A stretch of 64,000 nt of DNA from a virus (lineage: Duplodnaviria; Caudoviricetes). The DNA is taken from IMG/VR virus record IMGVR_UViG_3300035696_002955, positions 424 to 64,423 of that record; one strand, written 5' to 3'. Both the position numbers and the translations under genes were made by a program. How positions within the stretch are numbered: the first letter of the stretch is position 1; the number at the start of each line of letters is the position of its first letter. The notes beneath the pieces are model-generated. The model was not told the DNA's origin and searched no databases. It saw nothing but the letters and a program-made list of their open reading frames with translations. Below, one piece after another: positions 50,956-59,720 of this stretch.

Positions 50956-53355
50956 TCAGTTGTGAAATTCGTCGTAATCCAGTTCGGCGGGCGCGTCAAA
51001 ACAAAGCCTGTGGGTGTCGAACTCACAGTCCACGTTGCCCGATGATCCGCCGCCGCGCAGAAGGGCCAAGTTGAGGTTGGCCTTCCTCGTCATCTTCAGC
51101 GTTTCCTTGTCCATGTATCTGTGCAGCAGGAGCATGGCGAAGCAATCCTGCAACGGTTTCTTGCTCTCGCCAATGTCCCCTGCTTGGGGCCGCTTGTCGG
51201 AGAACTCGCGGGGAACCTCGTTGAGTTGGAACAAAGAGAGTAGCGCGGCCTTTTTGTGTTTCATCTTCCTGCGCAGCCGGTCGGAGTTCTCGACGTACCG
51301 CTTGCGTATATCCTTCTCCGAGCTAGTCATCAGGCCAAAGTGGTCGAGGATGAACAGCACCTCGTCTCCCTTGCGCGTCTCGCGGTCGATGGTCCAGCAG
51401 ACTTGATCGCAGTCCATGTCGCCGTCGTAGACCGACAGGGGCCAGGACTCGACAATGGTTCCGATCGCCTGGGTGATGGCTCGGTGCTGCTCCGGGGTCT
51501 GCGCCCATGGCCGGTTGACCACCACGTTGGGAATGTCTACGACATAGGGCACATGATTCTTGAGGATCTCGTCGCGCTCCATTTCCAGAGAGAACCACAC
51601 CACGCGCCGGCCTTTTTGGAGGTTGTAGGCGGACGAACTGACAGCAAAACCAGTGTTGTGAGTGACGACATAACCGTGCCCAGCAATGTACAGTTCACTT
51701 GGATGACTGACTGTAATGCACTGGGCTCCTTGAATAGCCGTCGGTTTTACAGATGAAATTGTCAACCTGTTCTCGCGTCTTTGGTTCTGTAACTTATTGC
51801 GCTTGCGTGGGATGCTGACGAAGTTGCGAAGCCTTCGGTGAGAAATCATCACGCGATAAGCCTTAGATCCGCTTCTGAGTTCTCCCTTATATGGATACTG
51901 AGGGGCTTCTCTCGAAACAATCTTCGCTGTTGCCCCCAACGAACGAGCCAATTCCTGCACGTCTAATGCCAACTGTCTGCTGGAAGTATTGAAGGATAAG
52001 GTACCTCCCCCTTCAATACTCCCATCGGTGTCCATAAGGCCCCGGAGTAATTGCTTCCGCGATCTTTCTGATGCATTTAGATAAATCTTTGGGATGAATT
52101 TTCTTTTCGACCCCACGCCTCTCAAACCAAGTTGTTCAAGAGCAAGAAAGGCGATGCTATGCAGTTGTCTCCTCTTCCCTTTACCTTTCCACGCCTTGCC
52201 GTTGAGCCGGTAATTGTAGTTGTCTCCTACTTTAAGATCGCATCCTACCGGCATCGTCCTTCTTACCTTCTCCACCATCCAAGCATCAGCGGTGGTGAAT
52301 CTACATGATGTTTTATGAGTAAAGCCACCATCACCAATCAGCGCACCAAGCAGCCAGGGATGCAGGGGAAGGGACTCGTCTATTCCAAAATTCCCGCTCA
52401 CTGTGTCAATCCACATCCTCTTTTGGTATCGTTTGTGTGTGAGTTTTTCGAGCACTTGCAGCGTCGTCAGGACACGCGGCGCGGACCATTGACGGAAATA
52501 GACAAGCCACAAGTGTTCTCCGTCGCACTCAAGTGATCGGCCGTCTGAAAAGGCAACTGAGTACATCTTTCTCATCCCTTGGGGGTAAATCGCAGTTACA
52601 AAGGACGGTTCGCCGTCTATCGAAGCGACTTCATCGCCGACCTGGAGTTCGCCGTTGTTCTTCCATCCAGCAGGAGTCTTGATTGGCTCATCAAGACGCA
52701 GAGCTTTACCGATCTTCGGCCGAGCGGCGACGATGGTGATCTTTCCCATCCTGTAGCCGCCGCCAGTCTTTGCGTCGAGCCAGGCGTTGCCCGAGGGGAT
52801 GCAGGGAGTCTTCTTGGTCTGATACTCACTCACCATCCTGTCGAGCACGGCAACGGCAAAGTCGGCTACGGCAGGACCAGTAGACCCGCTAGATGCCGCT
52901 GTAAGTCCCTCCAGTTGCCCCTGGACGCTGCCGATGATCTCCAGCGAGGGTTCGCCCTGGTCCTGTGCCCTCTGGAGCGCCTGGGAGCACACAGCCATCA
53001 AGCGGCGCAACTGGCTTTTGTCCTTGACGATGCGGATGTACTCTTCGATGACCGGGCGCCGCGGCAATCCTTCCGTCAGGCTGGCCAGGTAGCTCACGCC
53101 GCCGATAACGTCGCGCTCGTGGTAACGGTCCAGTTCGGCGGCCAGCGTCACAATGTCTACTGCCCGTTCCTTTTTGAACAGGCCAGCCATGCGCAGAGCT
53201 ATGCGGCGATGCGAGTCGAGGCTGAAATCGTCCGGCCGCATCCCGGCATGAATCTCATCCCATGCCTTGTTGTCCAGCAGGACTGCCCCAAGCAAAGTTC
53301 TTTCGGCTTCGATGCTGGCCGGAAGATCGCTGTCGAATTGGGGAGGGTTGGTCAT
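50956..53355 (-). CDS. dnaB: Replicative DNA helicase, intein-containing
   Basis: PASIEAERTLLG N-domain; Walker A ARPKIGK/T split by the intein; FSLEM, ILDH, QLNE motifs. Confidence 0.95.
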   Translation of the reverse strand: MTNPPQFDSDLPASIEAERTLLGAVLLDNKAWDEIHAGMRPDDFSLDSHRRIALRMAGLFKKERAVDIVTLAAELDRYHERDVIGGVSYLASLTEGLPRRPVIEEYIRIVKDKSQLRRLMAVCSQALQRAQDQGEPSLEIIGSVQGQLEGLTAASSGSTGPAVADFAVAVLDRMVSEYQTKKTPCIPSGNAWLDAKTGGGYRMGKITIVAARPKIGKALRLDEPIKTPAGWKNNGELQVGDEVASIDGEPSFVTAIYPQGMRKMYSVAFSDGRSLECDGEHLWLVYFRQWSAPRVLTTLQVLEKLTHKRYQKRMWIDTVSGNFGIDESLPLHPWLLGALIGDGGFTHKTSCRFTTADAWMVEKVRRTMPVGCDLKVGDNYNYRLNGKAWKGKGKRRQLHSIAFLALEQLGLRGVGSKRKFIPKIYLNASERSRKQLLRGLMDTDGSIEGGGTLSFNTSSRQLALDVQELARSLGATAKIVSREAPQYPYKGELRSGSKAYRVMISHRRLRNFVSIPRKRNKLQNQRRENRLTISSVKPTAIQGAQCITVSHPSELYIAGHGYVVTHNTGFAVSSSAYNLQKGRRVVWFSLEMERDEILKNHVPYVVDIPNVVVNRPWAQTPEQHRAITQAIGTIVESWPLSVYDGDMDCDQVCWTIDRETRKGDEVLFILDHFGLMTSSEKDIRKRYVENSDRLRRKMKHKKAALLSLFQLNEVPREFSDKRPQAGDIGESKKPLQDCFAMLLLHRYMDKETLKMTRKANLNLALLRGGGSSGNVDCEFDTHRLCFDAPAELDYDEFHN
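51655..52704 (-). mobile_element. 350-aa class 3 intein with a LAGLIDADG homing endonuclease
   Basis: Starts ALRLDEP, ends VVTHN/T; WCT triplet (EHLW, QCITV, THN); LLGALIGDG and LRGLMDTDG; lower GC. Confidence 0.92.
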
Positions 53356-53829
53356 TTACGCCGCAGCCTGCCCCGTCTTCTCTGCCAGCAGAGATTGCAG
53401 TCTCTCGATCTCCGACTGGATCTCGTCGACCGTGACTCTGTTTTGTCTTGATCCTGCCAGAGAGACGCCGTACTCCTTCAACTTCCGGTAGAGCGTTGTT
53501 TTGCTGATGCGGATCTTCGCGGCCAACTGCTCTCCTGTGAGCCCATACCACCGCTGGTACGCGCGCCGGATGAACCACTCTTCCATCGCGTCCCACGTTT
53601 CAGGAACTTCCGAATCCACCGCAGGACTCAGCATTTGCTCTTCTTTTTGCTTGATCTGCGCGGCGGCCTGGAAGAGTCTGTCTGCTGTCGCGGTCAAGGT
53701 GGCATGGTATTGGATAATGTCTGGCGGCAGTCCGGGGAGACTTTCAAAGGCCTTCCGAATGCGATGCCAGTCTGCTCCATTCAGGCCAATGGCCATTAGC
53801 GACGTTTTCACCTGCTCTGGAATCTGCAT
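53356..53829 (-). CDS. Fis-like HTH transcription regulator
   Basis: AAKIRISKTTLYRKLKEYG; TGATG coupling at 53829. Confidence 0.8.
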   Translation of the reverse strand: MQIPEQVKTSLMAIGLNGADWHRIRKAFESLPGLPPDIIQYHATLTATADRLFQAAAQIKQKEEQMLSPAVDSEVPETWDAMEEWFIRRAYQRWYGLTGEQLAAKIRISKTTLYRKLKEYGVSLAGSRQNRVTVDEIQSEIERLQSLLAEKTGQAAA

Positions 53830-54128
53830 CAGTCGATCTCCCTCTCGCGCAAAACTCCGCACGCTACCAGTAAGCGCGCCGGCGAGGGCATGAAGTCCTC
53901 GTCCCGCAGAATCTCGCGGTACGCGCGGTTCAAGTCCTCCAGGCTCCGGTGTCCCACGGTGAGGACGTAGGCACCGAGCGACTTGTCGGTGAGCACGAAC
54001 CTTGACTTATGCCCCAGCGTGTCGGCCAGCGACTTCACGATCTCGACGCAACTGAGCAGCTTGGGCTTCGAGTCTTGCGGTGGTTTCGTCACTGATGGCT
54101 GCTGCTGGTGTGCTATTGCGGTTGCCAT
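53829..54128 (-). CDS. Probable helicase loader/inhibitor-like small protein
   Basis: GGAGG SD; ...EDLNRAYREIL...FMPSPARL pattern upstream of dnaB. Confidence 0.55.
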   Translation of the reverse strand: MATAIAHQQQPSVTKPPQDSKPKLLSCVEIVKSLADTLGHKSRFVLTDKSLGAYVLTVGHRSLEDLNRAYREILRDEDFMPSPARLLVACGVLREREID

Positions 54129-54438
54129 TGCTTCCTCCGTTGGGTTTGAGCCATTCGGCTGGGTCGTCTAGGAATCGGTCCTGGTTGAACCATGTGGACG
54201 GATGAGGGCGGTAGTCGCACGGAATGTCGCACGGAGCTTGTCCCGCCGGACTTGATGCGTAATCGGTGGCCATCATCCAGAGGAAGCGGCGCGCGTGAAC
54301 AGGAGAAACATGGTCCTGGGTTCCGTTTCCTTTGACGATGCGCGCTATTGCTTTCTCAATCGCCTTAATCGCAGCCCGCTTGCCGATGTGCCTTGGATAT
54401 GCCTGGTAGATAGCCTCAATTTGTTCGATTTCATTCAC
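54007..54438 (-). CDS. Stand-alone C-terminal domain of a phage replication initiator
   Basis: AAGGA SD before GTG 54438; IYQAYPRHIGKRAA...PHPSTWFNQDRFLD. Confidence 0.7.
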   Translation of the reverse strand: MNEIEQIEAIYQAYPRHIGKRAAIKAIEKAIARIVKGNGTQDHVSPVHARRFLWMMATDYASSPAGQAPCDIPCDYRPHPSTWFNQDRFLDDPAEWLKPNGGSNGNRNSTPAAAISDETTARLEAQAAQLRRDREVAGRHAGA

Positions 54439-54612
54439 GTGAGAATCCTTGTCAACACCGATATATTTAGCGTGTTCCCAAATTGGATTGATTTGCAGAG
54501 GAGCAGCCCCGCAGCTTTCAGGGAGTAAAAAAGCGTTCGGGCCGCTCGACCCTGCGTGTGGAGTTGTTGTGTCCTTCCGGGTCCGCCAACCCGGCCTGAC
54601 CTCCACGCGCAG

Positions 54613-54621
54613 AGAGTACCA
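54613..54621 (-). promoter_or_regulatory. TGGTACTCT promoter motif, copy 6 (minus strand)
   Basis: AGAGTACCA on plus strand, intergenic just past the stop at 54641, oriented into the replication genes. Confidence 0.65.
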
Positions 54622-54640
54622 TCGAGCAACTTGCGCGGAG

Positions 54641-55195
54641 CTAGGCGGCTGGCGGTTCCGGCACGACGGGATCACCTTCGGCCGCCGGGGGCGCCGGGGC
54701 CGCTGGTGGTGTTGGTGCTGGCTCATCCTCTTCTGCAGCCGGCAAGGGCGGTCCAGCCGGAACCTCTCCTGTCTCGACGGCAGCCTGTGCCGCGGCCGGG
54801 GGAGCTACTGCAGGAACCGGATCGGGAGCGATGGTGCGGGCAAAGACAGGATTCTCAGGCAGCGGTCCCGGCGCCGGGATCTCCGCTTCATCGTCTCCAA
54901 CTTCCGGGAGGGCGTACTCCCAGGCCGCGGAAGTCCTGCCGGCCTTGACCTCGGGGTGCGAGACGTGCAGGATGCCAGTCAGCCGGGCATACCCGCGCTG
55001 CCAGTTGGCGCTGCCGAGAATACCGACAGGGGAGTTGGGATCGGGAAAGGCGGCGGTGATGTTGGGGTGCCCTGATTCGTCTACCTGCCCGACAGAGTGA
55101 ATGTGCGCGGCGACGCGGTGAACTTTGTGAGTGGCGTCCCAGAACGACAGGATTACCAAGTTACCCGCTACCGGCTGAGTGGATGTTTCATCCAT
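54641..55195 (-). CDS. Hypothetical protein with an acidic Pro-rich tail
   Basis: 184-aa ORF; GGAG SD. Confidence 0.7.
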   Translation of the reverse strand: MDETSTQPVAGNLVILSFWDATHKVHRVAAHIHSVGQVDESGHPNITAAFPDPNSPVGILGSANWQRGYARLTGILHVSHPEVKAGRTSAAWEYALPEVGDDEAEIPAPGPLPENPVFARTIAPDPVPAVAPPAAAQAAVETGEVPAGPPLPAAEEDEPAPTPPAAPAPPAAEGDPVVPEPPAA

Positions 55196-55255
55196 GATTC
55201 GATCTCCTGATGGTGATTCACTGGTTGTGGTGCGTTGTGGGTTGTACGCGCAGCG

Positions 55256-55897
55256 CTAGTTGACTTGCTTCGCGTGAAATGAGGCCAGTTCCCTAGGGCC
55301 GGACTTCTGACGAGCGCCAGCGGCGACGACGGGCTCAACCTTGTCATCGTCTTCATCCTCGTCCGGCGCATCGTCTTCGTCGTCAGCGGATTCGGATTCC
55401 TCGCCAACTTCGCCGGAGCCGAAGTCCATCTCGGTCTGCGAGTAGACAGCTTCCAGGTGGAACTCTTTGTGCAGGTGTTCCCATGCCCAATCGCGCAGTT
55501 GCACGCTGGCAGGAACGTAGGCGACCATTACCAGGTCGAGGGTGCGCTTCTCTCCCTCGCCGGCCGCCACCAAAGCCAGCTTGAGTATCTTGACGCCGGT
55601 CGAGGACACGGCAGGAATCCGATGTTCGGCGGTAGAGAAGGCTTCGAGGGTCATGCCTTCCATCTCGACGTTGAGGGTGGTCCTGTCGATCTTCGATTCG
55701 TTCTTTGCCATGACGCCGAAGGCCTCCGCGATGGCGTCGTTGATACCTTGCACGGACTCGTTGAGCAAGGGCAGCTTGAGGTCCAGCTTGATGCGGGACT
55801 CTCCGGCCTTGGTGCGAAGGTGCGACCAGGCGACGAGAAACGCCTTGCGCCGATGACCTTCAAAAAGGTTTTGTAACTTCGTGGGCTTGCTTTTCAC
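55256..55897 (-). CDS. Hypothetical protein with an acidic tract
   Basis: GTG start abutting the upstream stop; GGAG SD. Confidence 0.75.
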   Translation of the reverse strand: MKSKPTKLQNLFEGHRRKAFLVAWSHLRTKAGESRIKLDLKLPLLNESVQGINDAIAEAFGVMAKNESKIDRTTLNVEMEGMTLEAFSTAEHRIPAVSSTGVKILKLALVAAGEGEKRTLDLVMVAYVPASVQLRDWAWEHLHKEFHLEAVYSQTEMDFGSGEVGEESESADDEDDAPDEDEDDDKVEPVVAAGARQKSGPRELASFHAKQVN

Positions 55898-56428
55898 TTA
55901 GAACTCTCCTAACTCTGCCATCCCTGCGAACGCAAGCGATGGCTGTACTTTGGTTGGGTCATGCTTTTTACCCTTGGCAAAGTGGCGCATCATCTTACCG
56001 ACACCACCGTTGATAAGTGTCCCTTCCAGCCGTTGCCGGAAATGTGCTCCCTCCTTCTCCATGAACGTCACCAGCAAGCGGAACTCATCAGCGGTCAACT
56101 CTCCCTTGCATTGGTTGCAGCGACGGCAGATGCACTCCCGGTTCTCAAAGCTCATGTCACCGCCGCGGCGCAGAGGAACCTTGTGGTCTAACTCCATGCT
56201 CAGAATGTCGATGGGCGCGTGGCAGTAGGGGCAGAGGATTACTTGAAGCTGTATCTGCGACCAGAGCCACTTACCAAACTGCGCCTGCGTGTACGGCAAG
56301 ACTTCAGCGGCCGGAATGTCGAGCTTCACGCCCTTGGGTGCGCCCTTCTCCAGCACCTTGCGCCAGCGCGCCCGGTCGTTCGAGTAGAGCGTGGCAACCT
56401 TCTTTTTGTAGTCACTCATCGACAGCAT
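55898..56428 (-). CDS. HNH endonuclease
   Basis: CPYC...LDHKVPLRRGG...N...CRRCNQCKG. Confidence 0.85.
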   Translation of the reverse strand: MLSMSDYKKKVATLYSNDRARWRKVLEKGAPKGVKLDIPAAEVLPYTQAQFGKWLWSQIQLQVILCPYCHAPIDILSMELDHKVPLRRGGDMSFENRECICRRCNQCKGELTADEFRLLVTFMEKEGAHFRQRLEGTLINGGVGKMMRHFAKGKKHDPTKVQPSLAFAGMAELGEF

Positions 56429-56431
56429 CAG

Positions 56432-56581
56432 TTACCCTCTCACCCATCTGGTTCCAGTCCACCGCGCGACATTCCAACCTCTAGGCGCGGAAATCACCTT
56501 GGTTTCGTCGCCTGTAATTCGAGCAATCAATTGAGCTACTAAGTTCGCAATATCGCGATCTGGAAGTAACTTGCCAATCAT
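56432..56581 (-). CDS. 49-aa hypothetical protein below the ORF-track cutoff (MIGKLLPDRDIANLVAQL...)
   Basis: ATG abuts the upstream stop and fills the gap to the next gene exactly. Confidence 0.5.
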   Translation of the reverse strand: MIGKLLPDRDIANLVAQLIARITGDETKVISAPRGWNVARWTGTRWVRG

Positions 56582-57274
56582 CTAGTTCACCCTTCCGAAT
56601 GTGATAGCCCACACCCAGGGGTTAACATCCCAGCCAAAGCCGTGCTTGGCGTAGATGGAATGCCAGAGAGAGAGGAATCCCCCGCGATAGTTCCATTCCT
56701 GATCGGGCGAACACGCACAAGATTGGATCACACCTTCGGCTTGCGCATCTTCCTCACTGATCTCCTGCACCCGCTGAACGCGCACGTCGGTGACTTCCAG
56801 TGTGATGCGACTAGCCCAACGAGGCATATGGATGGATGGACGCCATTTGATCGGGTTATCAACGCCGTCCCATTGAAACAGCCCGTCGTCGTCAAGTTCC
56901 ATGCCAGCGGAAATACACTCATCAGAAAGTTGCTCAATTAGGCGGTCGTGCCAGTCTAGTCCCTTGAGTGTGTCGGGAATGGCAATATCCGAAACCTTGT
57001 TGTCTGCTTTGAACTGTACTGTCCACTCATTCGGATACCAACTATATGGCCTCCACGTTTCCCGCACCCATAGCCGATCTCCGGGCTTGCCGGACGGGCA
57101 TCTGTAAACCGCACGTCCATCGTCAAAATTTGCATTAGCAGGAAATACTTTGCTCATGGTGCCACGAGTATCCCGCGAGGGCTGCGATTTCATAGTTCGC
57201 CGCGTCTGCGTCTTGCGACCTTCGAGGATGGCGCGTACCATCTCGCCGTTGAATAAAATCGGTCCCTCCTTCAT
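56582..57274 (-). CDS. ASCH/PUA-like phage protein
   Basis: PILFNGEMVRAILEGRKTQTRR, PGDRLWVRETW, WRPSIHMPRWASRITLEV, AEGV. Confidence 0.85.
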   Translation of the reverse strand: MKEGPILFNGEMVRAILEGRKTQTRRTMKSQPSRDTRGTMSKVFPANANFDDGRAVYRCPSGKPGDRLWVRETWRPYSWYPNEWTVQFKADNKVSDIAIPDTLKGLDWHDRLIEQLSDECISAGMELDDDGLFQWDGVDNPIKWRPSIHMPRWASRITLEVTDVRVQRVQEISEEDAQAEGVIQSCACSPDQEWNYRGGFLSLWHSIYAKHGFGWDVNPWVWAITFGRVN

Positions 57275-57583
57275 CTAGTTCACCGTCATCTTCCTAGTTG
57301 CATCCGGCACCTTGCGCTGTAACTCGAACGCGGGGTGCGTCTGTAACTCTGCGAGTAAGGTCATAAAGTCCTCGGGGATCAACTGCTGGGCTAAAGCTCC
57401 GATAAGGTTCACCATCATCTGTGAGTTACCATTGACCCGGACTCGCACCTCCAGCCCATAGGAAAGCGGCACGATGACGCCAATCACGCTGTTATCTGCC
57501 TGCAAGGCTTTCAAGCGCTGGATGAACTGGCCGCTTAACTCGTCAAGTTGCGCGACGATCTGCTTGTCCTGCTCGGGTGTCAT
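57275..57583 (-). CDS. Hypothetical protein
   Basis: 102 aa, coupled to both neighbours. Confidence 0.7.
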   Translation of the reverse strand: MTPEQDKQIVAQLDELSGQFIQRLKALQADNSVIGVIVPLSYGLEVRVRVNGNSQMMVNLIGALAQQLIPEDFMTLLAELQTHPAFELQRKVPDATRKMTVN

Positions 57584-59496
57584 AGCCTATCGACCTTCCC
57601 CGCGGCCACGCGGTAGTAGGCCACTCCCGCCTTGTGCGGTGCTTCGGTCCTGTTGTCGGCAAGGATGACGAACGCCTGGTCAAGCTGGCCGTCGTCGATC
57701 ATGGCCTTGACCGAGCCGAACAGCCGGTTGCGCTGTGAGTCCACCATCGTCTGCGCTTCATCTACGACAACCAACTTGATCTTGGAGTAGACGGCAATCG
57801 CGCACTGTAGCGCCACACCGAAGGCAAGCTGCTCGAAGCCGCTCAACTGCTTCACCGGCAGGAACTCCGGCGCCGTCTTGGGGCTCTGGACAAAGAACTC
57901 GTCAGCGTCCTGCGAGAGCTTGGCCGAGTATCCCCAGGCGGCAAGCACATCGTTGATCGTGCCGGTGAACGCCTGTACGTGCTTGGCAATCAACTCGGCC
58001 TTGATGCCGTCCTTGCCAAAGGTCGAGCACAGCGTTTCCAGGTCGTTGACCACCGCTTGGAACTCGTCCTGCTGTTTGCTCAGGCGGTCGATCTGGCTCA
58101 GGGTGGCGTCGTAGTTGAGCGCAGGACTCAGCAGCGCTTCCCACTCCTCGATCTCTTTATTGAGAGCATCGAGGGCGGAGGTATCGGCGGGCTCGGACAC
58201 TTCCTGCTGCGCGGTGGTCAGTTCCTTTTCCAGCCCAGCAATGGCCTTCTCGATGCCCGCAATTGTATCGGTGGCGCGCACCACGCTCTTGACCAGATCC
58301 AGCTTGCGGTCGACGCGCGCGCGGTTCTCGGCAATCTCGCGCTCCGCGCCGGCAATGTCACCCAAGGCCTTCTGCTCGGTCAGGAGGGTGGCTGCGGCCG
58401 CGTTGGCGGACTCTTCCAGTTTTTTGTGCTCGGCGATCTTGCCGTCGATGAACTGGCGGGTGATGGACTGCGTGCAGGTGGGGCAGCAAGCCTCATCGAC
58501 AGGATTCCCCTGCTCGTCCTGCAGCAGCTCGGCAAAGATGGCACGGGCCGCGCGCTGCGCCTCTCCCTCCTGGTCCAGCGTGTCGATCTGGCTTTGAATT
58601 GAGTCGAACAGCTTGCGACCGGCGGCCCTCTTCTCCAGTGCCGTAAAGTCCGCTCCGCTGATAATGTCCTTGTCGATCTCGTTGCGCTGTTGGATGGACT
58701 CGGTGCGGTCGTCCAGGGCTTTGGTCAGCCCCTCGCGCTCCTGCTCCAGCTCCTGCTCGACGCGGCCGACCGCCGTTGAGCCCCCGCCTTTCAGCTTTTT
58801 GGTTTCCTTGGCCGCCTCGGCGCGCAGCTTAGTCAACTTGTGCTGCACCTTCTGCGCGTCGTGGGCCGGCTTGTCCGGGGTGGGCGGTATGTAAATGGCG
58901 CCCAGCGCCGCCTTCGCCTCCCGGCGCGCTCTGTAGGCCGTGTCGTAGACCTGATCTATGACCGCGACAGGACTCTTGGACCAGTCGAACTTGCCCAGGC
59001 GGCTGGTAGCCATCTCCACCATTGCCGGATCGAACTCGTGACTGGTGGGCAGGATCAGCGCGGCCAGAATATCCTTCTGGTCTGTCTTGGGGTTGAAGAA
59101 GTAGCTGGTATCAAGGCAGCAGGACAGAGCCTCGCTCTGCCTGTCGAGGAAAAGCCCGAATCCTGCCGCGACCGCAGACGATCCGTTCTTGATGCTCTGG
59201 TTGCGAACCTTGGTGCCGGGCCCGTAGGTGGTGAAGATCTGGACAGCGCCCTTGGCTGTGTCGATTGCGGCGATGATCTCCGCTTTCTTCGCGCCCAGGC
59301 GTATGTTGTCGTTCGCTCCTCCGCCGCGCTTGTCGGTGTTGGGGCAGCGCGGGGTGAGCGTGAAGCGCAGCGCGTTGGCGAGGGTGGTCTTTCCTTGTGC
59401 GTTGTCACCCCCGATGATGGAGAGCGGCTGATCGAACTGGACCTCCGCCTCTTCATAGGGGCCGAAGTCGTGGAGGGCAATGGAGGCAATCTTCAT
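57580..59496 (-). CDS. SbcC/Rad50-like SMC ATPase
   Basis: Walker A GDNAQGKTT, coiled coil with CPTC zinc hook, signature LSGFEQ, Walker B VVVDEA. Confidence 0.9.
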   Translation of the reverse strand: MKIASIALHDFGPYEEAEVQFDQPLSIIGGDNAQGKTTLANALRFTLTPRCPNTDKRGGGANDNIRLGAKKAEIIAAIDTAKGAVQIFTTYGPGTKVRNQSIKNGSSAVAAGFGLFLDRQSEALSCCLDTSYFFNPKTDQKDILAALILPTSHEFDPAMVEMATSRLGKFDWSKSPVAVIDQVYDTAYRARREAKAALGAIYIPPTPDKPAHDAQKVQHKLTKLRAEAAKETKKLKGGGSTAVGRVEQELEQEREGLTKALDDRTESIQQRNEIDKDIISGADFTALEKRAAGRKLFDSIQSQIDTLDQEGEAQRAARAIFAELLQDEQGNPVDEACCPTCTQSITRQFIDGKIAEHKKLEESANAAAATLLTEQKALGDIAGAEREIAENRARVDRKLDLVKSVVRATDTIAGIEKAIAGLEKELTTAQQEVSEPADTSALDALNKEIEEWEALLSPALNYDATLSQIDRLSKQQDEFQAVVNDLETLCSTFGKDGIKAELIAKHVQAFTGTINDVLAAWGYSAKLSQDADEFFVQSPKTAPEFLPVKQLSGFEQLAFGVALQCAIAVYSKIKLVVVDEAQTMVDSQRNRLFGSVKAMIDDGQLDQAFVILADNRTEAPHKAGVAYYRVAAGKVDRL

Positions 59497-59531
59497 GGGC
59501 AATACACTTTCTGCGCGGTGGCGGCGCGGGC

Positions 59532-59720
59532 TTAGATGCTGATACGGAAATTCGACAAGAACGCGCGATCGGCTTGAGTAAGCCAAAAGTCAAAGATTTG
59601 CTGCGTTGCCTGGTCGTCGCGGGCTTGGAGGGCGCGCATCACCGGGCTATCAGTTTCCTGCCGATGCGTGCGCCGGTACTCGCGCAGCAGGTTTTGGGCA
59701 ACTTCACGAACGGATTCCAT
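59532..59720 (-). CDS. Hypothetical protein
   Basis: 62 aa; start overlaps the upstream stop; GGAG SD. Confidence 0.6.
   Translation of the reverse strand: MESVREVAQNLLREYRRTHRQETDSPVMRALQARDDQATQQIFDFWLTQADRAFLSNFRISI

Noticed and set aside
54431-54446. Second parS-like site around TTCACGTGAG
   Set aside because: Only 11 of 16 positions match, and it overlaps a start codon
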